Shown one piece after another: positions 11,123-23,451 of a stretch of 64,000 bases of DNA. A model generated the notes under the pieces. The model had not been told where the DNA came from, did no database searches, and saw only the letters and a list, made by a program, of their open reading frames with translations. The first letter of the stretch is position 1. The number at the start of each line of letters is the position of its first letter. Origin of the DNA: Azolla caroliniana (Eukaryota > Plantae > Polypodiophyta). The DNA lies in contig JBHGNT010000130.1 in NCBI GenBank assembly GCA_043228905.1, forward strand, positions 7,260-71,259, in the 5' to 3' direction. The translations under genes were made by a program, and so were the position numbers.

Positions 11123-11140
11123 TTCACGTCGGGTTCACCA
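11123..11140 (-). other. Primer-binding site complementary to the 3' end of tRNA-Trp
   Basis: Plus strand TTCACGTCGGGTTCACCA matches the 3' 18 nt (with CCA) of plant cytosolic tRNA-Trp as recalled; 4-nt spacer from the 5' LTR. Confidence 0.85.
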
Positions 11141-11144
11141 ACTG

Positions 11145-11970
11145 TGTCGTGCCTTTCGGCTCCGGATCGTTGCGTGAGTCGGGTGGGAACCACAGAGGTC
11201 TTGGACTAGGAGAAAGAAGTTCGTGAGATAGAGATTAATTATGAATAAATAGCGAAGAGAAAGATAAGAAAAATCGTGAATCACACGAGTATACTATATT
11301 AATTGGTACTTAGGGTGTTAAGAGAGAAGTAGATGTATAAATCGTGAATCCCACGAATAATTTTTGTATTGATTAATACTTAATCCAAATAATCAACAAC
11401 CCTTTACATATTTCTCTCCTCCTTATATAAGGAAGGAAGAGCTAAGCATGGCTTCATGCTTTTTTTTTTTTACAAAAAGTGTTCATGTCCACTAAATGTG
11501 CATGTGATGCTTTTTTATTTCCTAAGTATAGGGCTCATGCACGCTAGATGTGCATGAGTTATTTTTAGTGTCTCGTCTTTTTCATATATTAAAAAAATAC
11601 ACGATTTACCTTTTAATAAAGGTATGCATAAATAAAGGTCTTATACATATTAAATCTATATTTAAAACACTTAAGATAATTTAATGTAATGGTAAGGTTG
11701 GGGTTTGTCAACGTGGAGGTGCAGAGTTTGAATCACGCCCTGCGCAGTAGTGAGTATTTCCTTTTTTTACGTTTATGTCTCTATGCCGTTTTTCCTCCTT
11801 GCCGGTATGCCGTTTTCTTCCTTGCCGGTATGCCGTTTTCCTCCTTGCCGGTATGCCGTTTTCCTCCTTGCCGGTATGCCGTTTTCTTCCGGTTCTCACC
11901 GAGCACTCCATTCTCTATCCGGAGGGACAAAAATATAATTTCCACATAGTGTGCAACCTACACTACGACA
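11145..11970 (-). repeat. 5' LTR (826 bp) containing 23-bp tandem repeats
   Basis: Tandem TATGCCGTTTTCCTCCTTGCCGG units at about 11782-11892. Confidence 0.95.
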
Positions 11971-13765
11971 CCGTGATAAGACTTACCAAAATTGAGAAAT
12001 GTAACCCCAAATCTGACAAGCAATCAGACATTGTATATAAATCGATGAGTACTATCTTCCATTTGAACAATGCAAAAAAACCAATTACCCGTTGCTAATC
12101 CACGACCCTTTAGAACTAATCCCAAAGACAATCCTCTAATCAAAACTCTCCAAATTAAGACCTTAGATGATCAAATTTGTAAGATTTGCCACCACCCATG
12201 ATCAAATTTGTGTATTCTCTATTCTTCTTTAGCCTTAGATGATAATCATCCAAGAGACTAAGCAAAGCAATGACACAAAAGATTAGTAGTCACTTGTAGC
12301 AACGACGCTTGACCCTTTAAACACCAATCAATCCACGATTGTTCTCCTATTTGTAGAGGTAAGGGACCTTGCATCAATGGAATATTTTGTAGTTGTTGCC
12401 AAATAAACCGATAATTAGGTGGAATGCGTAATAATTATCACGCTTCAACAAACTCAAAAATTCTTTGAGATAAAGCCTCAACTATATCTCCCACCTCTTT
12501 GACCCCCAAACGATTAAATTGAGAGCGCAATCTCTCCTTTCCTAGCCAACATAATAATCTTCCACAACAAATATTGAAGAGGTTGCAAAATAGAATGCAA
12601 AGCCTTCTTTGTCCATGGCAACAATGGCAAGTAATATAATATCATGGGTTCCATAATACATTGTACAACCTTCAAAAGTACATGAAATGGCCAAGATTGT
12701 GCCATCCAATACATGAACTTATTCCTCAACTTGCTAGACATCCATTCAATCAATTGACCATTTGTAACATTCATTCCTAATGCATATCCCAAGTGTCAAA
12801 AAATAGAGTCTTTCTTCACCACAAATACTTGCCATCCTAAACATTCCAAATCCTTTTCAATACATGATATGAGACTAGACTTCCTCCAATTAATATGTAA
12901 TCCGGAAGCCAATGCAAATTGGTTCCATACAAGCATCCCCTTCTCAAGATTTGCTCACGAGGCTTGTAGAAACATGAAAGAATCATCAACCAAAGCTTGT
13001 GCTACAAGTTGCCCTCCAGACGGAAGGTTTAGACCCACAATGTCACCATTTGTTGCAAACCTTGATAACATCACTAACAAGGGATGAGTAACAACAACAA
13101 ACAACAATGGACTAAGAGGGCATCCTTCATGAATGAATCTTGTGTGAAGGAAATATCTAATATAACTCGGGACCCCCATTAAGGATTACCGAGACACCGC
13201 ATCTTGTCCTAATAAAAATATGAGGCGAGACATGAGGTCCAAAGCACATTGTATGCATTAAACTAGAAACAAAGGAACAATGAACATGATCATAAGCTTT
13301 CTCCATATCTAATTACACAATAATCAATTCTTGATGATTGTTTTGAGCATAATCCATGGCCATTTGAACATTCAACACATTATGCAATATATTCCTCCCT
13401 GCAACAAAACCATATTGGGCAGGATGTATCAACTTTGGAAAATACTTTTGTAATCTATTTGCCAAGACCTTTGTATCAACTCCACCATCAAAGAAATAGG
13501 TCTCCATTAATGAAATGATTTGGGAGATGTCACCTTTGGAACTATTTTGATTAGACGAACCTTCCAAGCTTGAGGCATATGACGAGAATCCCAAGAATGT
13601 TGAAACATCAAAGTTAAGGACCCCTTAAAAATGTTGGAATATCGCTTAAAAACTTCATTTGTTAAGCCATCCCAACCAGGGCTCTTAACACTCAGAAGAT
13701 GCCTTAAAACTGTGTCCACGTCATCCTCAGTGAAATCCGCATCCAATTCATGACTAATGAGGTCA

Positions 13766-14329
13766 TGTAGAATAAATGTTCAATTCAGAGACGCTGAACC
13801 AACAAAAGGCCCAGTGGAAGAGGCGCAAACACCACGACAACAAGGGTGCTGAGAAAGGCCGCATGAGCAGACAAGCCGACAGGAAGGGTCGAGGTGCGCG
13901 GAATTGAACGAGTCGAGGAGCGCGAGCGAGGCGTGAAGCCAGGAGAAGCCAGAATGAAAATCCAAAAGAGCAGGCGGAACCTCAAGTTGAGCTTGAGGGG
14001 GAGTGTTGAGATACAAGCTCAACATTGGGTGCATAAACCGGTGCGTAAAGCGGGTGAGCAACGAGAGGCCGTAGCGGTGCTCAAACCGGGAGGCCGTTGG
14101 ATAGATATTCCGTGCAGGAATATATTCTTGGGAGTTAGTGTAAGGGCTCATTGATGAGCATTGAAGTACGACGTGTCGGTACTTCCGTCAGTTTGTATGG
14201 ACTTGTATAAAATTGCTCTCTAAGCACATCCTATGTATAGAGTTTTTTAGAGTATTATTTTGGAATAGAGTTTTTTGTGCTCTGCTCTCTCTGTCTCTCT
14301 TGCGTACATTGTGTTGATTAAGCTTTCCA
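13766..14329 (+). mobile_element. LTR-like fragment that truncates the L1
   Basis: 14155-14329 is homologous to the reverse complement of about 30620-30780 (ATGAGCATTGAAGTAC...GGACTTGTATAAA...CATCCTATGTATAGAGT). Ends approximate, no TSD found. Confidence 0.55.
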
Positions 14330-14649
14330 TTAGACTAGGACTTGATGACATGTAGATGTAGTAAGCTGAACTTGTGCAAAAAAAACTCTACTCACTGGAC
14401 TCGATGAAATGGAACTAGGACTATGAACTAGCTCTATAGATCTAGGATAGTCCAACCAAATGGCTCCTATTTTGCTTGGACTTACTCGTTTAATACATCC
14501 TCTAATTGACTCAAGACATCGAATCAATTCTCATGTCATGGACTATTAGGCTTACTTATGTTATTAGAAGTAACAATGGAACTTGAATTAGGGATGTCAA
14601 GTGCACTTACTTGGTATAATTGACGCCTAGGCTTATGTGGACAATTCAC

Positions 14650-16083
14650 GACTATATGTCCTGGACTACCGCAATATAGGCAAAGGCGGTGTGCTCGATA
14701 TCGTTGTTTCTTAGCACGTGATAAAGGCCTCGACTTTGTGTTGACTCTATTTCCATCGGAGTTAGGCCATCTGTTGTAATGGATCTGGACACTTGTGGAC
14801 GCGTTGTGACTATAGAAGCATATATTTGTTCTTGTTGGCGGCTATAGAAGCCTCGAAATAAAGACCTCCTACCATCAAACTTGGTAGGGAGGCTAATCTT
14901 TGATTCTCGAGGGGAGTTTTGAGCCCCAACCGCTTGTTCTTGTAATGACAATATAGTAGCCTCGAGTTGGTGAACCCGTTGTCGTGCCTTTCAACGCCCG
15001 ATCATTGCGCTCGGCCACCGTCATCATGTTGTTAGCCTCTTTTTGATTCTCCATCTCCTTGCGACCCGTTTTCATGCCGGGTTCACCAAATGTGTCATGC
15101 ATTTCGGCGCCGGATCGTTGTGTGAGTCGGGTGGGTGGGAATCGCTGGGATTTTCAACTAGGAGGAGGAAGAATTTGAAATGAGTCTAATTATGAATATA
15201 TTGCAAGAAAGAGAGATAGGGAACTCGTGAATTCCACGAGTATAACATATTAATCAATATTTAGAAAAGGATATGAATTTATATTGAAAGACAGTAATAG
15301 ATAGAAAACATCATGAATCCCCACGAATGTAATATATTAATCAACCCTTATGAAGGAAAATCAACCCCCTTACAATTTGACCCCCACCCCTATATAGTGA
15401 TGGGAGAGACCAAGTATATAGTAATCCATGCTTTTCTTAACTATAGACCTCATGCTTTTTTCCTTCTAATAACAATGTTCATGCACGTGAGATACATGTA
15501 TGAATTGCTTTTTCGATTATTCGTTTTCTTTTGATTAAAGTTTTATGCACTCTACGTGTAAAAGTAGCTTTTCCTAAAAATTATACATAAAATAATCTTT
15601 GTATGTGGGATATCTACTTGTCTAACAGTAATGATGTGTTAGTATAATGGTAAAGCTATAGCTCATTAACATGGAGGTATAGGGTTTGAATCCTACCGTA
15701 TGCATGTAACATACATTTTAATATTTTCTTCGGTTTCTTCATATTTATCCAATTAGTTATTGTATATGTTTTTCATGTATCGTACAAATTACACTACGTC
15801 ACCATTGTGGTAACTCTTCATATTGTTGAGCTTTCTCGGTACTCATTTTTTGTAGGTCTACAAGTAGCCTTTGATTTTCATGCTCTAATGCCACAAATTT
15901 ATTCGTGAGCATGTCGAGCTCAGAAAGAACACGCATACATTCTTGTTTGCTTAGGACTCCATAACTTACGAGGGGAGGAGAAGAAAGAAGAGAACTTGTT
16001 GGAAGAGGGAGAAATGAAAAATTGGTTCAAACTGTCAAGACAGAGAGAGAGAGAGAATTGAAAACAAAATATTGTAGTGCACT
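14650..16083 (-). mobile_element. Degenerate chromovirus (Tcn1-like) gag region, host of a nested insertion
   Basis: ESKISLPTKFDG...FRGF and GLTPMEIE motifs. More complete in copy 2 (48746-49540). Confidence 0.75.
14980..15801 (-). mobile_element. Internally deleted gypsy element related to the 4675-11970 family (LTR stub, gag start, Trp-type PBS, 5' LTR 15093-15801)
   Basis: TGTCGT start, CTACGTCA end, 4-bp flanks CCGT/CCAT, PBS TTCATGCCGGGTTCACCA at 15071-15088. Copies at 49541-50358 and 52529-53346 (perfect CCAT TSD); partial copy at about 17790-18152. Confidence 0.88.
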
Positions 16084-16377
16084 TGTCATGATAGAGCATG
16101 GTATGGCATTAAAAGGATTGAAACCCATAACCTAGTGTCACATGGGCTGAAGCCCTACCATTAAACTATATATTATAATATAAAAAATATTGGTTTCATT
16201 TATTATTTCACTATAGAAAATTGGTGTATATTCCAAATTTCTCTAGAGCATTCTAGAAACTTCAGGAGTATAAAAAGAGGCACAAGGCATTATTTCGAAT
16301 CAATTCGGTTCAACGCCAGTCTTAAGCCTCCTAGCTATTCTTGTACTTACTGTTCATATAATATATTACATGTTATC

Positions 16378-16418
<41 letters not shown>

Positions 16419-17650
16419 TGATGAGTCTTACACATTCCCTTCCTCTTAGTACTAATCCTCAGTACTTTCCTTCCCTAGTGCTAATTCTCTCTCTATTTTT
16501 AGTAGTACATTCCTAACCGTTTGAACCGAATTGAGTCATCCTCTTATCCCTCCTTCCCTTCATACTAATCCTCTTATCCTCCCTAGTAAATGGCAATTGT
16601 TAGCCCTCAAGAATACCAATATGTTTTCTCGGAGTTCCAATGCTTAAAAGAGAAGTTTGTAGCACTAGAACAAGAAAATCATCGTCTGTTGGGGGATCTT
16701 CAACAAATAGCTCTAAAAGAACAACAACACGGGGAGCTAACGTTACGTGTGCAACAACTTCAAGCGACTATTGTATCATGACAACAAGGATCAAGTGCTC
16801 AAGGTGACAGGAACTCTACGTCCCGTATGCGCAACGCTCGGCCACAACCGAGCTTAGAATCATACACACAGAAAAACGGTGAAGGAATGCACGACACGAA
16901 GAAGAGAAGAGTACACAAGATGTTTACGTGGAAAACCCAAACTAAGGGGAAAAACCACGGCAGCCCACAGGCTGCAAACTATCACTATGTTAGAATGTAC
17001 AACAGTGAGTTCACGGAAGCAACGACCTCGTGCTCACGATCTTCGCCACAGGCGGCGGTTACAACAAAGGCAACGACCTCTTTCTCTCTCTCTCTCTCTG
17101 TACACTGTTACGCGCTCTCTCTCTCCTTGCACCAACAAGAATGACAACAACCCTTCACAAAAGTTTGCCCTAAGTCATATTTATACTAATATGACTTTTC
17201 AGCTATTTACAAATATAGCCTCGATGGACTCTCAGAAACATATTTACGAATATGTCTCTTCATCCGGTGAGCATTCCTCACCGGGTCTGCACCATCCGGC
17301 TCTCCGTAGCCGGGTACTCCTCATTCGGTTCTCACCGGATCTGCACCATCCAGTTCTACGTAGCCGGGTACTCCTCATCCGATTCTCACCGGGTTTGCAC
17401 CATCCGGCTCTCCGTAGCCGGGTACTCCTCATCCGGTTTCCACCGGGTCTGCACCATCCGGCTCTCCGTAGTCGGGTACTCCTCATCCGGTTTTGGCCTA
17501 TCGGCCTCGGCCGAGTTTGCTCATCAACACTGTTCTTCTCCCTTCCCATCCGGAGGGACCTGTCTCCCAACACAAGGGACTCACAAAGAACCCAAGATTG
17601 GTCTTCCTATAAAATTTGATGGAACCCAATCACAGTTTAGAGGTTTTCTT
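16084..17650 (+). mobile_element. Tcn1-like chromovirus 5' LTR plus gag start, with self-priming PBS
   Basis: Starts TGTCATG; TATA at 16269; TCAATTCGGTTCAA (16300-16313) is complementary to TTGAACCGAATTGA (16521-16534); gag MAIVSPQEY...KEPKIGLPIKFDGTQSQFRGFLN. Copies from about 18421, 50657 and 53651. Confidence 0.8.
16805..17572. mobile_element. Solo LTR (768 bp) with 5-bp TSD CAAGG and four 54-bp tandem repeats
   Basis: TG...CA ends; CAAGG at 16800-16804 and 17573-17577; repeats at 17277-17492. Empty site with a single CAAGG at about 19072 and 53891. Second copy at 51390-52159. Confidence 0.92.
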
Positions 17651-17773
17651 AATTATTATCACTAAAACGATCTCTCTCTCTCTCTCTCATTTGGTGAAAA
17701 CACACAATTATATTAATAAATGTGTATGGAAACACTACTTACAATGGGTGTGACAATGGAATATAATCACCCA

Positions 17774-17791
17774 CTAAACCCTAAACCCTAA
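17774..17791. repeat. Short interstitial plant telomere repeat (CCCTAAA)n at a rearrangement junction
   Basis: CTAAACCCTAAACCCTAA; counterpart CTAAACCCTAAACC at 52365-52378. Confidence 0.7.
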
Positions 17792-19104
17792 CTATAGACC
17801 TCATGCTTTTTTCCTTCTAATAACAATGTTCATGCACGTGAGATACATGCATGAATTGCTTTTTCGATCATTCGTTTTCTTTTGATTAAAGTTTTATGCA
17901 CTCTACGTGTAGAAGTAGCTTTTCCTAAAAATTATACATAAAATAATCTTTGTATGTGGGATATCTACTTGTCTAACAATAATGATGTGTTAGTATAATG
18001 GTAAAGCTATAGCTCATTAACATGGAGGTATAGGGTTTGAATCCTACCGTATGCATGTAACATACATTTTAATATTTTCTTCGGTTTCTTCATATTTATC
18101 CAATTAGTTATTGTATACGTTTTTCACGTACTGTACAAATTACACTACGACACCATTGTGGTAACTCTTCATATTGTTGAGCTTTTTTAGTACTCACTTT
18201 TTGTAGGTCTACAAGTAGCCTTTGATTTTCATGCTCTAAGGCCACAAATTTATTCGTGAGCATGTCGAGCTCAGAAAGAACACACATACATTCTTGTTTG
18301 CTTAGGACTCCATAACTTGTTGGAAGAGGGAGAAATGAAAATTTGGTTCAAACTGTCAAGACAGAGAGAGAGACAGAGAGAGACAGAGAGAGAATTGAAA
18401 ACAAAATATTGTAGTGCACTTGTCATGATATAGCATGGTATGGCATTAAAAGGATTGAAACCCATGACCTAGTGTCACATGGGTTGAAGCCCTACCATTA
18501 AGCTATAGAAAATTGGTGTATATTCCAAATTTCTCTAGAACATTCTAGAAACTTCAGGTGTATAAAAAGAGGCACAAGGCATTATTTCGAATCAATTCGG
18601 TTCAACGCCAGTCTTAAGCCTCCTCCTAGCTATTCTTGTACTTACTCTTCATATAATATATCACATGTTATCATCTCTCTCTCCCTCTGATGAGTCTTAC
18701 ACATTCCCTTCCTCTTAGTACTAATCCTTAGTACTTTCCTTCCCTATTGCTAATTCTATCTCTATTTTTAGTAGTACATTCCTAACCATTTGAACTGAAT
18801 TGAGTCATCCTCTTATCCCTCCTTCGCTTCATACTAATCCTCTTATCCTCCCTAGTAAATAGCAATTGTTAGCGCTCAAGAATACCAATATGTTTTCTCG
18901 GAGTTCCAGTGCTTAAAAGAGAAGTTTGTAGCACTAGAACAAGAAAATCATCGTCTGTTGGGGGATCTCCAACAAATAGCTCTAGAAAAACAACAAGAAC
19001 ACGGGGAGCTAACGTTACGTGTGCAACAACTTAAAGCGACTATTGTATCATGACAACAAGGATCAAGCGCTCAAGGGACTCACAAAGAACCCAAGATTGG
19101 CTAT

Positions 19105-22100
19105 TGCATTAAGTAATGATTTCTCTGCACCCATATAAGCTGCAAAGACCTGAATCTGATGTGGTTGTAGGAGACAACGTGATTGTTGATTGTAGGTGTC
19201 ATTTACTGGTCGAATTTCGAATTCCAAATGTCAAAATAGGGCATCGTCTTTACCATGTTGGGCATCAGGACGAAAAACAATTTGAAAGTCATAGTCAGCC
19301 AACAAGGTCGACCATTGCGCTTGCCTCCGGTTCAAAATGCAAGTAGTGGTGAAGTAGACGAGGTTCTTGTGATCGGTCACCACTTGGACACGGTGTTGGG
19401 CGCCTGCTAAGTAAGGACGCCATTCTTCAAAGGCTGCAATAATGGTAGAGAGTTCTTTGTCATAAACTGGGTAGTTGATCTCGGGAGGTGTGAACTTCCG
19501 AGAAAAAAAGGCAACAGGATGAAGAATCCCATTGTTATCTGATCGAGAGAGAATTGCACCGATGGCGAAGTCAGAGGCATCAGTTTCGATTGTAAATGGT
19601 TTGGTCAGATCTGGGTGTAGAAGTACCGGAGCCGTGGTAAAAGTTTTTTTTAGTGTCTCGAATGCTAGTTGGGTTGTGGGAGTCCAGCAAAAAGGGGAAT
19701 CCTTCCGAGTGAGTGCTATAAGTGGTTGCGCCAATGTAGAGAATCCTTGAATGAATCGACGATAGAAGTTGGCAAAACCCAAAAATGATTGCACATCCTT
19801 GACACTGGTGGGGATTTCCCACTGTTGAACCGTTTCGACTTTCTTCTCATCCATAGGATACCATCAGATGAAATGACATACCCGATGAATTCAACTGAGG
19901 TTCGATCAAACTCACACTTATCGGGTTTCGCATAAAGTCCATGTTCCCGAAGTTTGGTCAAGATAAGTCGAACATGCTTGGTGTGCTCTATGTAGTCCTG
20001 TGAGAAGATAAGTATGTCGTCGAGATAGATGACCACAAATTGGTCTAGACATTCTCGGAAGATGTCATTCATCATATGCTGGAAAACGGCAGGAGCATTT
20101 GTGAGACCAAATGGCATTACCATGTGTTCAAAATGCCCATACCTGGTTCAAAATTCCGTTTTCCACTCATCTCCAGGCTTGACACATACCAAGTTGTAGG
20201 CGCCTCTAAGATCGATTTTGGAGAATATACGCCCAGCCTGAAGTCGGTCTAGGAGTTCACGGATTAGAGGTAGTGGATAGCAGTTTCAAACCATGACTCG
20301 ATTGAGCCCGCGATAGTCGATACATAGGCGCAACGTTCCATCTTCCTTGTCGACAAATAGAATACGAGAGCCAACTCGAGATTTCGAGTGGCGAATGAAT
20401 CCATTTATGAGATTCCCTTCAATTTATATTTTGAGGGTCTTGAGTTCAGGCTCACATAACCCATAGATACGGCCAAATGGAGGACAAGCACCATCTTTCA
20501 AGTCAACTAGACAATCGTATGGGCGATGTTCGGGTTGACGATCAACATTTTTCTTCTCAAATACATCTGAGAAATCATTCTATTTTGATGGAAAAGAGCT
20601 AGTACATAGGGTAGTATCTGGAGTGGACATGACCGCCATGTCCTTAGAATTAGAAATGGATGCAATCAACATTGTATAGCTTACCCGAGCAAGAGTTGGA
20701 ACGGTTTTCGAGGATGACAAGAGACTAACTATCGATGTTGTTTCTATTGGAGCAACTGTTGACATGGTTCTCGTTGAAGAGGAAATGGGAGCGACCGATA
20801 ACCTGGTCCTCACCGGAGCAGAAATGGGGTTGCCCCTGAAATATGGGTGGGAGCGACTGTTGACGCGGTCCTCACTGGAGCAGAAACTGGAATCGGAGCA
20901 ACCATTGATGTGGTTCTCACTAGAGCCAAAACTGGAGTTGTCCCCCAAACATGAGTGGGAGCAACCGTTGAGACGGTCCTCACCGGAGTAGGCGGCGAAA
21001 CAAATGGTGGATCATTGGCTCGAAGAAGGGTGGACGTAATACCTTGTGAGTGAGAATTCAAGGTGAAATTGATGGTGTGAGATCGTCAATGCACGACTGG
21101 ATTGTGAGTTTCGAGCCATGATTAGCCCAAGATGATAGGATGTCGAGGTGATGTGATGAGGTTAAAATTGATTTCTTCCTAGTGGGCCCCTATGTGGAGA
21201 CCCAAGGGAATTGTTGTATTTGTGATGGCACCAGAAGAGAGCGTTCGACCATCGATCACTTCAACTAGAATCGGGACGGTTAATTTGTTGCTTGGAATGT
21301 TGTGTTTCCGTGCAAACATGATGTCAATAAAGCATGACCTGGCCGCAGAATCCAACAAAGCTTTTTGTCTTCAGAGTGGTAGAATCAAACTGAAGAGTGA
21401 TCGGAATCGCGAAATTTGTTGTCGAGGAAGTCAATTGATTGGGCCCTTCACATAATTGTTGACTCTTGTGGTCCAGATGCACATCCCCTACTGCAACTGG
21501 ATATTGGAGTTTTCCTGTACGCCGAAAATGTCAACCCCATCCACACAATGTGGTGTTTGATAGGGTCCCTTTTTTGGGCAAGAGCGGATCAAATGGTCAG
21601 GGCTGCCACAATAGAGACCTAAATTGTTGGCCTGACGATGTTGTTGTTGCGCATTAGTCAATGGTCGATAGTGAATTCGATCGATCTCCATTGGGGAGGT
21701 AGAATCTGTGGTGGGAGTTGAAGATGAACTGGAGGATGACATGGGAGGCGGTGTCGTCAACCATGGTAGGTGACTTCACGTAGCGGCTGGCCAAGATGGA
21801 TGGATCCGGTGAGGACGTTCCTCTTGCCGGAACTCAAAGAGACGGTTATCGCAGCGCACAACTTGGGAAATAGCCTCATTCAAAGATGTGGGCTTAGGAA
21901 AATTACGTAAAAGATTTTTTATCACACCTCGTAATCCTCAACGGAATTGATCGAGGAGGGCTTGTCCGTCCGACTCGACATTGCATGCGAACTGACGAAA
22001 TTCGGATGTATATAGTTTGTTGAGATGCGGGTCGTCATTTGTCGGCCTTGTTGTAATGCATATAGTTAGTTGAGTGCGGCTCTTCGTTTGTCGGTCTCCC

Positions 22101-22880
22101 CAAAAGATGCCTCAAATTCGGTAAGAAATGCTTGGAAGTCATTCAAGAGAGGTGACGAGGTCTCCACTAGAAGGGCAAACCAAGCTTGTGCTTGTCCTGT
22201 CAGCAACGTGTCGATGAGCCGAACTTGTCGAAAGTCATTAGAATAGCAACGGGGCTGAAGACAAATAATAAGGTGGATTTGGTTGATGAAACCTCTTAGC
22301 CGTGACCTTGTTCCATCTAATTTGTCTAACAAGCTGACATTGGGTTCTATAGGATAAGGGTCAACAATCGGGTGAGGTATAACTGGTGTGGCTGCCTAAA
22401 ATTCTTGAGCCGAGTTTCGCAAGTTCACATTTTCATGTTGGAGTTGTTGCACGACCACCAAAATTTGCTCAAGATTACTAGATGATTCTGACATGATAGT
22501 GTATTGAGAAAGAAGGAAAGAAAGAAAGGAGGAGATCAATCTGTCACGGATGAAGAATTGGGGGTAAAGAGATGGGGAAGTTTATGAGATAGGGAGATCG
22601 AGAAGTTGATGACAATGAGTAAAAATATCTATTCCATGAGTGGTGTTGATCTCCTTGATATTAACAAGGGAGATCAACCCTTTTTATACATGTAGTGATT
22701 CATGATAAGCATGTTCATGCCAAGTCTTACATACTATAATATCAAGCATACTAATTCTTGCATGCCAAGTCTTACATACTCAGTGTTACATACTCAGTCT
22801 TACATACTAGATCTTATATACCACGCTTTATACAAAGGTTTGAAGTCTAAAGTTTGTCTAGGAGAAATATTTATACAAGG
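19105..22880 (-). mobile_element. Degenerate Tcn1-like chromovirus (5' LTR from 22542, gag, protease, RT, RNase H; 3' part lost)
   Basis: gag KLDGTRSRLRGFINQI and CCHC-like LYCGSPDHLIRSC; [12 protein letters not shown] and YLDDIL; RNase H ETDASDFAIG, DKEL, TDHKNL; frameshifts present. PBS TTGATCTCC is complementary to the LTR about 30 nt after its TATA. Partial copy at 53920-55900. Confidence 0.9.
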
Positions 22881-22899
22881 GCCTAAGGTTCAAATTCGC

Positions 22900-23451
22900 G
22901 TCCATGTTCATGACACCATGGTTCGAATTGCACAATCCGGACATAGATTGGAAAACAAGAGAAATCAGGTGTCGAGAACCCCAAGAATCTACTCATAAGG
23001 TTTCAACCATTCTATTACATCAACTGTGTGAGGAAGGACACACGGAATCAATGTTTGTATTCGCAGTATCAGTGAGACGTTTCAACACTGCTAAGGAGGA
23101 GTCAACAATTCAACTTCCAAAAAACTATCATCATTATGACGATGTTTTTTATAAGGTAAAAGCTAGTACTCTTCCTCATCATTGACCGTATGATTGTCCC
23201 ATTGATTTACAACTAGGAAAAGAGCCACCGTGGGCACCAATCTACAACTTGTCACCAATAGAGCTTGAAGTTCTTCGAGCTGACATAGAGGAAAATTTGG
23301 CAAACAGGTTCATTCGACATTGGAAGTCTCTAGCCGATGCACCCATTTTCTTCGACAAGAAAAACGATGGCTCACTACGTCTAGTTGTAGATTACCGTGG
23401 CTTGAATAACATCACTATCAGGAATAGGTATGCACTTCCCTTCATCTCGAC
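22900..23451 (+). mobile_element. Gypsy pol fragment (protease end to RT start)
   Basis: PWFELHNPDIDW...PIYNLSPIELEVLR...KKNDGSLRLVVDYRGLN...NRYALP. Confidence 0.85.

Larger units (their letters stand above)
4675..11970 (-). mobile_element. Full-length young Ty3/gypsy LTR retrotransposon, non-chromovirus (Phygy/Selgy-like by inference)
   Basis: LTRs 4675-5477 and 11145-11970, both TGTCGT...ACGACA. 4-bp TSD CCGT at 4671-4674 and 11971-11974. PBS, PPT and open gag-pro and pol ORFs. Absent from the matching site in copy 2 (about 46064). Confidence 0.97.
4330..13765 (-). mobile_element. Degenerate 5'-truncated L1-clade LINE (ORF2 RT to C-terminus), interrupted by the gypsy element at 4675-11970
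   Basis: Minus-strand fragments KSPGWDGLTNE, KVLANRLQ...QYGFVAGRNI, GCPLSPLLF, LVDDS at 12514-13746. C-terminal WNMRNTFVF at about 4530-4560. Boundaries approximate. Confidence 0.85.

Noticed and set aside
16879-17665. Overlapping ORFs with 18-aa repeats (up to 246 aa)
   Set aside because: By-product of a stop-poor 54-bp tandem repeat inside a solo LTR.
23447-23451. The same TCGAC flank at the LTR starts 23452 and 33250
   Set aside because: Two cases at opposite element ends with the partner TSDs lost; chance is sufficient.
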